In this document: positions 13,667-26,539 of the stretch, piece after piece
How the letters are laid out: each line of letters begins with the position of its first letter
How positions within the stretch are numbered: position 1 is the stretch's first letter
DNA from: Octopus sinensis
Lineage: Eukaryota
Direction of reading: 5' to 3'
Assembly (NCBI RefSeq): GCF_006345805.1
Contig: NC_043003.1
Location: forward strand, 102,424,001-102,488,000
Length of the DNA: 64,000 nt
The notes under the pieces: generated by a model
What the model saw: the letters and a program-made list of their open reading frames with translations, nothing else
Database searches by the model: none
Told to the model about the DNA's origin: nothing
Program-made: the position numbers and the translations under genes

Positions 13667-14004
13667 GAGAGTTGTATGACAAACAAGGAAGCTGAAGCTA
13701 ATATGGAAACAATAAGAATTGTTAATCAAGAAAGAAGCCAAAATATGAACAAAGATAATAAGCAAAAATATTTTGCACAAGCCAGGATGAGAAAACAGTC
13801 CAGAAGGGAAAACATGACCAAAGAGAATAGACAAGACTTTCTCAAAGTTTATCAATTGATTATGAAGGAAATACAGGATATTATTACTGAGCAGGGAGAT
13901 GCTTATGACTGACACTGTATCACAAAATGGGCTGTGGATTCTCTGAGGGTTCTGATAGTAAACCTGAATAATTTAGTAAAATAACGATTTCTAGTAATAT
14001 TTTA

Positions 14005-14226
14005 CCCTTTTGTTACCATGTTTTTTGTTGAAATACACTGCTTTTGTTTATTTAATTTTGAAAATAATTAAGAATATACTACAATAACTTTGCCTTTATT
14101 AAGCTGGTATTTGGAACATAAAGGAACATGGAATTTTATTGGAAGGTTTTAATTTAGATACTTCTAAAGCAGGAAATTTCTATCACAGAACCAGGAGTGG
14201 TATTAAGCAGGTTGGCGTCAAAAGGG
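14005..14226. mobile_element. piggyBac-like (TTAA-type) MITE, degenerate
   Basis: Ends cccttttgttacc..gtcaaaaggg; body similar to 41008-41227. Confidence 0.6.
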
Positions 14227-14656
14227 TTTATAATGTTGTATTCTTAAATAGGGCCAATAGAAAATGTAAGACAGATAAAGAGATGTGTAAGTTTTAAACA
14301 AATGTAGCTCATGGATAAAGGAACTGTTTGAGTAGGAAGGTGGAAGATTTTGATAGTAGATTTAAAAACCAAGAATTTATTTGATTCAGGGGAAGAATTT
14401 ATAGAGGAAATTGTAATGTATCTTAAACAGTCTTAAAATTTTATGAAGGTGCAAGTGTGAATAAAGGTGCAGGTGCGGAGATAAATATAGATGTGGATAA
14501 AGGCATGGTGGTTTGATTGAGACCTTGTTTCTCAACAGTGTGGCATTGGATTCAGCCCTACTCTGCAGCATCTTGGATAAGTGTCTTCTACTTTGGCCCG
14601 TGGCTGACCAAAGCCTTATGAGTAGATTTGGTAAAAGGAAACTGGAAGAAACCTGT

Positions 14657-14687
<31 letters not shown>

Positions 14688-14689
<2 letters not shown>

Positions 14690-15034
14690 TAGCACTATGA
14701 CCCAGTAATGCCAGGTCATAGTGCTAGTGCATGCATACACAGCTGCATGCGCACATACACACGAGTACTGTCTAAATCTCCGACCAATCACATACAGCTA
14801 GCTGGCATTCAATTGGCATATCAAGTTTTGGGCATTTTGATTGAGTTTTGGATAGAAAATTCACAAAAAGTCACTTCTATTGAATTTTTAATGGCTTTGC
14901 AGGGTGACTGGAGAAATGTGCACGACCACCCTTGGACGGTTTTGAATGACCATAGAAAGTGCGAGCCCTCTAACTGAAAAATTGTGGATTTGTATAAAGG
15001 ACACGCACACAGACATTTTGCTGTTTATATATAT
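14688..15034 (-). mobile_element. Non-autonomous Helentron/DINE-like element
   Basis: One end is actagca.. with a 15-bp hairpin and the other is ..cagacattttgctgtttatatatat; it sits in a (TA)n run, head-to-tail with the next element. Confidence 0.6.
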
Positions 15035-15872
15035 ACTAGCAGAATTGCCCGGCGTTGCTCGGGGCTGAATTACTTGAAAGTACTGTTAATGATTGCACTG
15101 AATGATGATGATTATTCAGGCAAATATTGATATAAGTTTACGCTGGGAGATAAGGACTTAACGATCAAACGTGTGCCATTGCATTGTTTTGGGGGAACCA
15201 AATTTCTGATGAGCATTATAGGGGCACCAACTTTAAGTTTGAGAATGTGTGGTGGTAGTCCGGGGTGCTCAAAGGAATTGAGTACCTCTATTGGATAGTT
15301 GATGACGTCCTCTGGGTCAGGAGTTGTATCGATAGACTGATATACATAGACTTCCCCAGGAATGAGTTTTAGCATTTCATCATTAATATGGTGAACAGTT
15401 TTATTCCTCGGGGCCAGTATAGCCATTTTGCCAATCCAATCCATATTCTGATAATTAGCTTGTAGATCTTGGAACACTGCATCAGAAGCCGTCTTAACAA
15501 TGGTACAAATGGAATCGATGGCAATATTACCATTTTCATCCCCTGGTATTTTGCCTTCGCCAAGTGCAATGAGGGTGTGAGGAAATGCTGCTGATGTGAT
15601 ATTACGTCGCATATGAGCACGCATATTGGTGTAAAGTTTGAGAGTTACTTCCCTTAATTTTAAAAAATGCATTAAAATGGGAAAAAATGATGGTAAATTA
15701 TTTGTAAAATCATAGACTCATCGTAGACGCGCGCTAATACCCAGAAGGGCTCGATATGAATCACGACTATAAGATACTCGGTTTTGGTTAAACTGCATCG
15801 CAAAATGTGGGAGTAGTTAGGAATCTAAATCGGAGTAGACAGACACACAACCTTTCTTTTATATATAAAGAT
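15035..15872 (-). mobile_element. Helitron/Helentron-derived element carrying a helicase fragment
   Basis: End actagcagaattgcccggcgttgctcggg is the reverse complement of the end of 56509-56900 (gagcaacgccgggcgatactgctagt); the other end is cttttatatataaagat; both share the tttaccatcatttttt segment. Confidence 0.75.
15112..15575 (-). pseudogene. PIF1-like helicase fragment of a Helitron RepHel protein
   Basis: AILAPRNKTVHHIN..YQSIDT..YPIEVLNSFEHPGLPPHILKLKVGAPIMLIRNLVPPKQCNGTRLIVKSL matches the Helitron helicase LxLKVGxPxMLLRNL..CNGTRL motif. Confidence 0.92.
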
Positions 15873-16394
15873 TTTCGTCCTAAAAAACTTTGTATGGAGT
15901 GAATGGTTACCTCTATGGAAATATATACACACACATTATACATACATGTGTGTATAGATGAATATATAAATACATTTAAATATCTATATACACTTTTGGA
16001 CGATCTTTCTGCTTCTTAGAGATAACTTTAGATGTTATTTTCGTCCTAAAAAACTTTGTGCGGAGTGAATGGTTACCTCTATGGAAATATATACACACAC
16101 ATTATACATACATGTGTGCATAGATGAATATATAAATACATTTAAATATCTATATACACTTTTGGGCGATCTTTCTGTTTCTTAGAGATAACTTTAGATC
16201 TTATATTCGTCCTAAATAACTTTGTATGGAGTGAATGGTTACCTCTATGGAAATATATACACACACATTATACATACATCTGTGTATAGATGAATATATA
16301 AATACATTTAAATATCTATATACACTTTTGGGCGATCTTTCTGCTTCTTAGAGATAACTTTAGATGTTATATTCGTCCTAAATAACTTTGTATG
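15873..16394. repeat. Three tandem copies of a 166-bp unit
   Basis: tcgtcctaaa recurs at 15875, 16041, 16207 and 16373. Confidence 0.95.
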
Positions 16395-17099
16395 AATTGA
16401 AAAAGTAAATGAATTGAAATTCTAAAAGAAAGGAATTTGTTTACAAACATGTGTAAAATGGCAAATGTTTGTGCAGTTGTCCGATGGAACTGATGTATTA
16501 TAATGAATAGTCCTTCTTCTTGTGATCTTCTAGCAAAAAGGATGACCAGTCTGAATGGGTCGTCTCTGTCACACACACACACACACACACACACGCACCC
16601 TCACACACACGCACACACACACACACACAGACACACACGCGCACACACACACACACACACACACACGTTAGCTTACAATATCTGTCAACAATTGACACTG
16701 TCGTATATATTAGCGTGTCTATGTGTCTAAAGAGGAAGTGGAAGTAATAGGCAGAGTAAAGGCTTCAAAGTGAAATGTTAAAATATTGAGTTTTCTCGAA
16801 TTTTGTCTTAATTGGGGGTGAAATTGAAAGAAATTTTGTATGGCATGAACCAATGGAATTTCTTGGAAAAATCATAGGTAAAGTCTAATTGAAGAAATTG
16901 TGTGAGGAGTAAATCATTATGTATTTATTTGTTTCTGTTTGCTGCTTTCTTTTTAAATATTACATCTAGTTTCACTTTATTCGTTGCACACTGTGTGTGT
17001 GCGTTTGCATGTGCTGTAAACCAGACTAAGAAAAGCATTTGACATACACACCAGAATGTGAGTTTTCTGTAAATTTTGCTTAATTGGAGTTTAAATTTT

Positions 17100-17250
17100 A
17101 AAAACTGGACCTGGCATGACCCGATGCATTCTACTCTTAAAAATGCTAGGTAAATTGTAATTGAAGAAATCCTATATTGTAGATTTCTATAACTTACAAA
17201 GGGAGGCAGATAAAATCTGCCTTTTATAATAAGAGATATAGAGATATATA
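17100..17250 (-). mobile_element. Short Helentron/DINE-like remnant
   Basis: Minus strand starts ctatatctcttattataaaaggcag (compare atatctcttctctctatatataaacggcag at 56509) and ends gcatcgggtcatgccag. Confidence 0.4.
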
Positions 17251-18121
17251 TTCTAAATGATGATGATATTTTCATTTGTTGGTTTACTTATTATTACACC
17301 CATTTCCTTATTTCCATGTCAGCACATGAAGAATAAGTCTACAGATAACAACAATTTGCATTTACATTGTAGCAGTTTGGCAGTTTGGTTTACAATTAGA
17401 TATTTTACCTCAGTTGCTCAATCAGGAAATACATGGAGGTACATTATAATTATTTTGCATCTAGGCTGTCAAAGCGAAATAAGAGAAAATAAGAGAAATT
17501 CACTTGCTATAGAATCACAGCTGGCCAAGTTAATAGAATGTCCAGACTATTGACTAAAGAGCTTGACCATTTATACATTTCATTGCTGACCTAGCGCTAT
17601 ATACATAGCAAAACCATTTACTCATGTCAGCTGAATCCATCTAGCTGTAAATGTGCACCATGAGTGGTTTTGTAATGAGAGAGAATATAACATAATAATG
17701 TAGTGTGTTTACTTAGCTGTGGGAAATCTTTAGAAAGGCACCAAAAAGCTATATAAATGCCTAGTAACAAGCAAGAGTATTTGTTTCAGATTTGTAAAAC
17801 TAAAGGATTTGGTTAGGTCTTGTGAGTGTTATAACTGCCTGTCCCATCCTTTATGCACTCAAGGCATAAAATATCAAGAGGGAATCTTACTTAATTATGA
17901 AAGATTCCATGATGACCAAAAATGCTTTGTCAAAGCCAGCACCATCAGCATTATCGATCTCAGGTTTAGAACTTCCATTCTTTGGATGAGCAATATGTGA
18001 AACAAAATATGTCAACCATATTTCAGTGAATTCTGTCTTTGCGCAGCAAAATTACAGAACGAAGTTTGAAAGCAGTTCTAATATGTGTCAACTTTTATTT
18101 ATGTTTTACTGTAAATGTAAA

Positions 18122-18176
<55 letters not shown>

Positions 18177-18739
18177 ATGAGAGTGTATGTTAATCGAAGA
18201 ATAATACAAAAACAGCAGAGTAGTGGCTTTTTTGCTCTATCTTCTTACAGTGTTTCCTCAACACCCACCACCACCATCACCACCACCACCACCACCACCA
18301 CCACCAATGCTGCTGTAGATATTTACAGCTTCATTCTCAGTCAGAGAGTGTGCAGCTAAATTCTAAATGTTAAAACAGCTTTATCTCATTGCATTAACAC
18401 AGATTTGTGTTGGAGTTTCATAACCACTTTACAAAGTCATCACAGGCTATCATAGATTTAAAGCAAACACTCATTACAGGAAAATATCTTGTTTATATAA
18501 ATTTAGGGGAAGAGAGAGAAAACAGCAAGGTGTCAAGTTGCTGTCGATAGGGAAGAAGTGTGCATGCTTTAGGCTAACAGTACTGTGCACATGAATGCAT
18601 AAACACTAACAGCCAGCAATGTGTGTCTGTATGTATGTATGTATATGTGGGGAGAGTTTACGAAAAAAACAAAAGACGAAGACAGGTGATGTACAAAACA
18701 AACAGATGTATTAGTTTAACACTCAGGAATAGAAAAAGT

Positions 18740-18777
18740 CTTTTATGTTTCGAGCCTACGCTCTTCTACAGAAAGGG
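18740..18777 (-). ncRNA. Minimal type I hammerhead-like motif (degenerate core)
   Basis: CUUU-CUGUAGA-A-GAGC(GUAG)GCUC-GAAAC-AUA-AAAG. Stems I and II pair; A6 is replaced by U. Confidence 0.4.
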
Positions 18778-19593
18778 ACACAGAAAAAAACAAGGGGAGA
18801 AAAAAAATGTGTGTAGTGGCTAACGATCTATCATATGTATGCATATATACGTGGGTGTATGTGAAGTATTGTCTAACAGTCAGTAATATGTGATTTCAGT
18901 TTATGTTTTGGTACTCTCTGTATTTACCTTTTAACCAATAGTGAAGGCAGACTATATGACTAATAACCCAGTAATAATAATTTCGTATTTTCGCACAAGA
19001 CCAGCAAGTTCAAGAGAGCAGGTAAGTCTTATTTTAAGTACTTATTTTATCAACCCCGAAAGGACGAAATGCAAAGTTGAACTCTGCAGAATTTGAACTC
19101 AGAATGTATAGACAGACAAAATGCTGCTAAGTATTTCGTCTACCATGCTAATGATTTTGCCGGATCACTACTTTTAATAACCCAGTAATAATGAAAGTAC
19201 TTTGGTTCATGATCTTTGTTTTTACCAATAAAAGAATGTATACAAATCAATATACAGTGATTTCTTATATTTTTTTTTCATTTATTCTGGAGTAAAAAAG
19301 TGTTGCATTCACAATTATATGGTTGTGGTTTCCATTTCCATTCTGGATGGTGTGTTGTGTTCTTGAGCAAGACACTTCTCTTCATACTGCTTCTCTCCAC
19401 TCAGCTGTAAATGAGTTTCAGCAGTGGCTGGGAAGTTAACCCTGTGATGAAGAAGTGTCTCAGTTTTTTAAGGGTGAGGGTGTTGTAACCTCAGTCACTT
19501 ACACACCATTGAAAGCAGGTTAAGGGCTCATGACAAACCTAAATAAGAGCGTTGTGGTTTGCTTGAAGCATTGTAATATCAAAGACACTAAAA

Positions 19594-19857
19594 AGAGAGA
19601 AAATGCAGTAAGTTTCTGACAATGCAGAAAGTTTAATAAAAGCTCATCTTCAGAAGAAAAACAGTATGGAAAATGTCCAGTTATGTAGTTCTGTTGACTC
19701 ATTCTAATTTCCATAACACTAGGGAATTTGAATCAGAATCTACATAACATGGACATTTCCAAGACTATTCTTTTCTTCTGAATATGGGCCTTTGCGCCTG
19801 AAATAGAAAGGTTTTATTAAACTTTCTGCATTGTCAGAAGCTTTCTATTTTCTCTCT
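19594..19857. mobile_element. Foldback element with two blocks of inverted repeat
   Basis: ttctgacaatgcagaaagtttaataaaa / ttttattaaactttctgcattgtcagaa and ttcagaagaaaa..ggaaaatgtcca.ttatgtag / ctacataa..tggacatttcc..ttttcttctgaa. Confidence 0.8.
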
Positions 19858-20374
19858 TCAGACCTAAGTAAGTTATTCGGGTTGTGCCTATGGCCTGTTA
19901 TAGGCCCTCCAAGATAGATGGGAAGGGATCAAGGTGTCCTCAAACAAGAAACCTGACTTGAATATTTGCAACAAAATGGACTTCATTAAAGCTATCCAAT
20001 GTACCAGGTGGTGGTGTTAAATTAGGCAATTGATTAAATCTACCACTCAAATAAACCATGGGAGATCTTGAGCGCAGAATGCATGGAACTGGAACAAACA
20101 CTCTCTGGCTTCTGGTCTGACATTCTTACAGTTCTTCCAATCCATCACTTTGAATTGGTACTCTTTTTATTGACACTGAAAGGATGAAAGGTAAAACTGA
20201 CCTTGGCAGGATTTGAACTTGTAGTGCAGTGTGTTGGAATTCAAATACCACAAAACAATGTCAGATGCTCTCTCAACTCTGCTAATTCCGTCCTTTTAAA
20301 AAAATTATTTCCATCTAGTTTGGTACAGCCCATATGTTCATCAGTCACAATAATATGTTGGACATCTCAATCCT

Positions 20375-20898
20375 TTGGGTATCAATACACTAAAGCTTGA
20401 ATACTCAGCAGGTAACTTGGTAGAAGCTCACAAGATTATTCGCCATCTCTTCAACAACTTTTGCCAGAATTTTGAATTCAATGCCTCTATCACTTGTGGA
20501 TATACTTATAAAATTTTAAAACAGCACAGCACTCAAGACTTTCAGAAACATTTTTTTCATGCTCAGAATTATTGAAGCACTGAATAAACTACCTGGATCA
20601 GTGGTTAGCTGTGAGGACTCAACAGCCTTGAAAAATTCCCTGCTCTCTGAAATTAGCCAATACTACTCCTGGTGTATTCCATCTGTTCCTCTTTATGACT
20701 CTCAATGTTCACTTTCCTGTCTTTTTGTCTTAATTCTATGTACTATACACATACTTCTAACCATCAATGTTGTTTTCCTTTACTTGACTTTTGACTGTGT
20801 TTGACTGTGTTCTGTACTTTCTTTTAAGCTTTTCTGTTGAGTTGTAGTGCACCTGAGCACTCTATGTAATAAGATCATTATTATTATTATTATTATTA

Positions 20899-20932
<34 letters not shown>
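20375..20932 (+). mobile_element. CR1-type LINE 3' end with (ATT)n tail
   Basis: GNLVEAHKII..TCGYTYKILKQHSTQDFQKHFF / LRIIEALNKLPGSVVSCEDSTALKNSL resembles the CR1 C-terminal RGDLI.YKI..TRGH..KL..RK.FFS.RV...WN.LP..VV pattern; tail at 20877-20932. Confidence 0.8.
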
Positions 20933-20933
<1 letters not shown>

Positions 20934-21599
20934 GAAAGGATAAAAATGAATGAAAGAGCTTACCTTCTGTAACTCACTGAAAGATGGCTGAATTAGTAAG
21001 TATGGGGTCTAATAATAAGATGTTTATCATGAGTATTACTGGTGCAAATCAAATGAAAACCTCATTCTCTCAATCAAACATGAGTTCAGATGACCTAATA
21101 GACATGACGGGACTCACCAAGAGTTTTCTTCTACCCTATTGTGCTCTTTCCAGTCTAATATTCAAAGATTTGGCTGAAGAATATTGGGTGGAACTGAGAA
21201 ATTATCTGGTGATGATTGGAATAAAAAGATAAATGATAATATCTATGAAAGAGAGAAAGAGAGAGAGAGAGGGGGGAGGGAGGTGAAGGTCTGAAGAATG
21301 AAAGTTCTGCTGATGAGACGAAGGATTAGATGGGCAGTAACTGTTGGTTATCATTGAATATTAAATATTTATAGAACAGTAAACTGAACTATTTTCAGAG
21401 TGTGAAGCAGGCAGAAGAGATTATCCAAATTCCTAACGACAAATCAGAATACTAGACATGACATAAGTATCTTTGACCATGAAAAAAGCTTTGCTCCTTT
21501 CGTTTCTAACCTATCAACCCATTTACTGCACCTTTAACTATTCTACGATCATTATCATCAGCTGCATTAATTTGTGTCTGAGTAGTTAATCTATAATGA

Positions 21600-21940
21600 G
21601 TGAGTGAGCCTCTTCATCTTGATGGATGTGGAGGGTGCTGGTACCTGAAGTGGTTGTTCATGCTAAGGGCAGTATAGAAGAGCTGGGGGAGTTTATCAGA
21701 AAGGAGGGTTGGAAGAGAACAAGGAAATGTGAGTTGTTCTTTGTGTCTGACATCAGATCTCTGCGCCTTGGCTGTTATTTCCCATCTGGTTTACTCCTTT
21801 GATGATAACATGCCACCACTATGGGCAATCCTCAGCGATTGTCTCTCAGGTATTTGAGTTAATGGTGCAGCAGAGGACAGTGTCCTTGAGCTGGTTCCAG
21901 AAACAGAATTTGGGAGCACTAGCATTTCACAACAATTGCT
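21600..21940 (-). mobile_element. RTE-clade LINE 3' remnant
   Basis: Minus-strand PKFCFWNQLKDTVLCCTINSNT*ETIAEDCP*WWHVIIKG resembles RTE RPKLRYKDxLK..TWE.LAxDR..WR. Confidence 0.65.
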
Positions 21941-22635
21941 AATGTAAAAATCCCTAAAATCACTCATGGCAATAGGTTATGTAGTAGGTTGAAAGGTTCA
22001 AGGAAGTAAATGGAAAAAGGAAGTTTATTTAGAATTAAACAAGAAACCAAATCCGGTTCAGCAAGCACTGAGATATGAATTTAAGCCAGAATAAGGTGGA
22101 GTATTCCAGCACAATCTATTTATCAAGTTAGGTTTTAGTGTTTATCAACAGAGGTTTTAGTTCTTTTTGACAGCTGTATATGTCTTAAACAAACACAGCT
22201 TTCAATAAACTAAGCATTTCAAATCATTGTACACATCAATGAAATGATATTTAATTATGTTAGAATATTTGTGCTAACACAAATAATTGTGTAAACTGGT
22301 ATTTTATCATCTTCGTCATCGCTGTCGTCATTGCCGCCGCCGCCTCCGCCACCGCCGCCGCCGCCACCACCTTCTTCTTCTTCTTCTTCTTCTTCTTCTT
22401 CTCTTCTTCTTCTTCTTCTTCTTCTTTTTCATGCTTGCAAGGATTAGACAGAATTTGCTGAGGCAGATTTGAACCCTTCCTGCCTCCAATGCCCACCTGC
22501 TTCCAAGTAAGGTAATATCTCCCATGGTCAGACATGTTTTTCAGGGATATCATTTGTATGATGACAATGCTTGCTTATAACCATCACATAAGGTCAAGAC
22601 AAGGGTATACATAGACTTGTGTATGCATGCATACA

Positions 22636-22666
<31 letters not shown>

Positions 22667-24419
22667 GTACATGATGGGTTTCTTTTCAATTTCCATCTAT
22701 AAAATCCATTTATAAGGATTTGGTATGCCTGGGCAAGAGTAGAAGACACTTGCCCAAGGTGCTGTGCAGTAGGACTGAACCTAAGTCCACATTGATGGGA
22801 AGCAAACTTTTAAACTACTTAGCTATGCCTGCACTGATCCCAGTTTCATACAAATCAGGAAATAATAATCCTTTTCAACATGAAAATATTCAAATATATC
22901 TTATCATCCTAATACTTCAGATATATTTAATAGGTTAAAAAAGATCAATAATGTCCCAATGCTCATAATATCCTCACCTTATTGATTTCTTTCTTTGCTA
23001 GAACACAAGTAAATTATGTTTATGTATTTGTTTTGCAAAATTCCCGATGAGAAATTGTGTACTGAAACATATTGTTATATTTGGGGATCATCATTTTTTT
23101 TCTTTTTTTTTTTTTGCCAATTAACCACAGAAAGACAGAATGAACTAAACAGAACAGGAGGAGACACATAGGATGGAGAGTCACTGAAAAGGTCACAAGA
23201 TGTGTGGTGAAAAATTTCAGACAAAGGACACTAAAATAAGACTAAGCTGATGTAAAGAATGAGCATATAGTGTGTGGTTAATTGGTGAAAAGAAAAAAAG
23301 ACCTTTTCCAAATATAAAAAAGAAAACAAACAAATTTATTTTCAAGTCATTTCATCAATTTGGAGAAGATGGGAAGCAAACTCCAAGCCAGTAGGATTCG
23401 AGGCAGTTGACTGTTTCAGTCATTGACTGCTCTTGTAATGATATCTTTAAAATGGTTCATGAGCTCAAATAATTGTGTAAGCTACTGCAACATCTCTGAA
23501 AGGGGTAAGTATTGATTTCTCACATGTGCACATGGCCATAAATTGTAGAGGAGGAGGATAGATGATTGCACATATCTGGTACTAATGCTAACGAATTTGA
23601 ATAGATGAAAGTCAACTGATTCCAGTGGGATTTGAACTCAGAGTTGTAATATCACATTACTAACTACCACAAACTATTTTGCTTCAATTTTCCCACCATT
23701 TATGCTGCTATAACATCCATCAGACTTATAAATTTTACATAAATTTATATAACATTCAAAAGCTAGATTTTACTTTTAAATTTCAGAGTTGGACAGAATA
23801 AATATCCTCCTCAACATCTGCCACCACCACCACCACCACTATCTTTTCAATGAGGCAGATTTTCTACAATTAGATGCCTTTCTGTTGCCAACCCTCAACT
23901 CTTTTCCAGCAAGATAATATTTCTCCATGGCTAGACATATTTACACAAGACCGTCAATGAAGGACACTGCTTGCATGATGGTGACACACACTTACAACAA
24001 TCACACACTATCAAGATGAGGTGACAAGAACACACACACACACACACACACACATGATAGATTTATTTTAGTTTCTCTCTATTAAATCAAATCACAGGGC
24101 TTTCATCAATCTGAAGGCACCCAATATGCTGCACAGAAGGATTGAGCTCAAAACGGTATGGTTGGGAAGCAAGCTACTTAACCACAGATGCATTTATCTC
24201 AAAATTGCTCAATCTACTTAACTGTAAATAGATAATGAGTTCAAATTCTCCTGTACACACACAAAAAAAAAAATTCAATTGTAGAGAAAGTCAATATATA
24301 ACTATTTCTGGAATCATTGTAGACATTCCTGTTCCATAGGGCCACATTTCATTATTTTCTTTATCTGACTTCAGCCAGAGGTTGTAGCCATTCTGGGGCA
24401 CAGTCTTTAGTATGACTGA

Positions 24420-24760
24420 TTTTTATTTCCTATTCACTGACTGGCTTTCTCTCTGGAATTGTTTGTCATGAAGTAGCGAGTTGGAAACAACTGCTCTTCT
24501 TCGTATTTTCTGCTGTGATGTGGGTTCATCTGGTACCTGGGATAAAAACTTGTCCAAATATTCTTTGAAAACGTCTACATATGTATCTTTGAAGGTCTAG
24601 TTCCCAGTTTTGAGACTGAAAGCTATACCAATCATCACACTGGCTGCTATTGCATAATATAAAAAATCCTGTTCTATCCCACTCAAATAACAACCCCATA
24701 CTGTAACAGCTTAAACTCCAGAGCCCACAACTTTTTAACACTTTCCCAAACAACTTCAGG
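24420..24760 (-). mobile_element. CR1-group LINE 3' remnant
   Basis: Minus-strand FKDTYVDVFKEYLDKFLSQVPDEPTSQQKIRRRAVVSNSLLH resembles the FK..LDKFL..VPDEP..SNSL terminal motif. Confidence 0.7.
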
Positions 24761-25316
24761 GACGTTCAAAGATCTACTGGATGCATTTTTAGTAATTTCG
24801 TTGGGTTAATAATGGAAACAGAATTATTGTTTCATAAACTTTCACACTCACAAAGACTTTTAACTACAAACTTTTACAACACAATTGAAAAGAACATAAA
24901 AAAAATACATCAAAATCTGAACGTCAATAGAAATTAATTCATTGAAATGGTAAGAATACCATCAATACATGACTCTTGTGACATCGGTTGTTTATAAACA
25001 CAAAGTGTTGTTGTTTTAACTCATCATGAAAACGGAAATTTCCAGAATCATTTTATTCAAATCATATCAAAACAAATTTAATATGATTTAAATTTCATGC
25101 AATATTTTGTCGATTTTTTTTTGTTATTTATTCTTAATGCAAAATTAGAAATAGTCGTATGCAAAAAAATTGCAAGTGACATTATTTGGATTTGATATTA
25201 ACTGATGAATCTTACAGAAAATTCATATTAAACGATTTGGTATTTTGAAAATGGATGCAATTAAACAAATTATGCAAAAATCATAGAGTTGAGTATATAT
25301 ATATGTATGTGTGGGT

Positions 25317-25352
<36 letters not shown>

Positions 25353-25536
25353 ACACACGCACGCACACGCCCACACACACACAGATCTCTCATAATGCTG
25401 TGGCTTTCATCCGGAAGGAAATCATTTCAGAGACATTGTGTTAAAAGCTCAAAATATATTGAAATGAGGCAAGCATTGTCCCAACAGGGACTTATGAGAA
25501 TGTCAGATACGTTTCAGTCTTGTACACAAAATATAC

Positions 25537-25539
<3 letters not shown>

Positions 25540-25595
<56 letters not shown>

Positions 25596-25640
25596 TATAT
25601 ACATACATACATACATAATACACACACACACACACATATA

Positions 25641-25699
<59 letters not shown>

Positions 25700-25704
25700 T
25701 TATA

Positions 25705-25766
<62 letters not shown>

Positions 25767-25801
25767 GTATATATATGTAATATATATATATATAATATAT
25801 A

Positions 25802-25861
<60 letters not shown>
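25540..25861. repeat. Compound (TACA)n/(CA)n/(TA)n microsatellite
   Basis: Direct inspection. Confidence 0.95.
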
Positions 25862-25865
<4 letters not shown>

Positions 25866-25975
25866 AATGGTTTTCACCAGGCAGCTTTCTGGTAGAGCAC
25901 GGTCACTTTCTGAGTGAACGTTAGGTAAATAACAAATGAAAGACAGAAGAGGGAATATATGAGAATATATCATTA

Positions 25976-26079
25976 ATCACAGCAATTGTTTCGACACATG
26001 TAGCATCGACTCCTCTTGTGGGACACACAAAATCTGGTTCAAGAGTATCCGGTGGTGCAGATGTATCTCATCAAATGAT
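25976..26079 (-). ncRNA. Degenerate type I hammerhead ribozyme motif in the Penelope-like terminal repeat (left arm)
   Basis: AUCAU-UUGAUGA-GAUACAU..(long loop)..AUGUGUC-GAAAC-AAUU-GCU-GUGAU. Stems I and II pair; C3>U and the cleavage-triplet U>C are mutated. Confidence 0.55.
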
Positions 26080-26539
26080 AAATGAATAAAAAATCTCATT
26101 AAAATTTCTGTTCCATTATGCAACTTTCTGTTTTGTAGAGAGAAAAACAGTCAGATGGAGGAAAATTCTTCATACATATAGAAGATCCAAAACTAAAATT
26201 GCAAAAGCCAAAAGTGGAACAAACACTTAATCCAGTGAGTAAAGTATTGAAAATAACCATTAACCGATATGGATGTATAATCGCCCTCGGGCAAGCTGCA
26301 TGGCACGAGTACACACGCTCATACAAGCATTAGCAAAAATGTGAGCATATGCACATGTGAGGTTAGCTGCACTCATAATTGCAAAGCGAGTTAGATATTT
26401 AGTAGGTGTTTAGAAGAACAGAGAGGTTTAAAGTAAATTTAAGTCATCCACATCTTAAAGTAAAATTAAATAAAATTGCACTAAGTTAATTGTTACTCAA
26501 AATTCATTCTCACTGCATTTTGTGCGAAAGTACATTTAC

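Noticed and set aside
13586-13912. Charged ORF (..QARMRKQSRRENMTKENRQ..) vaguely like Helitron N-terminal repeats
   Set aside because: It starts in a microsatellite and the resemblance is only compositional.
21309-21330. ctgatgagacgaag, a hammerhead-like core (similar CTGATGA hits near 3800, 4585, 12235, 25203)
   Set aside because: No stem II, GAAAC or stem I partner at a suitable spacing.
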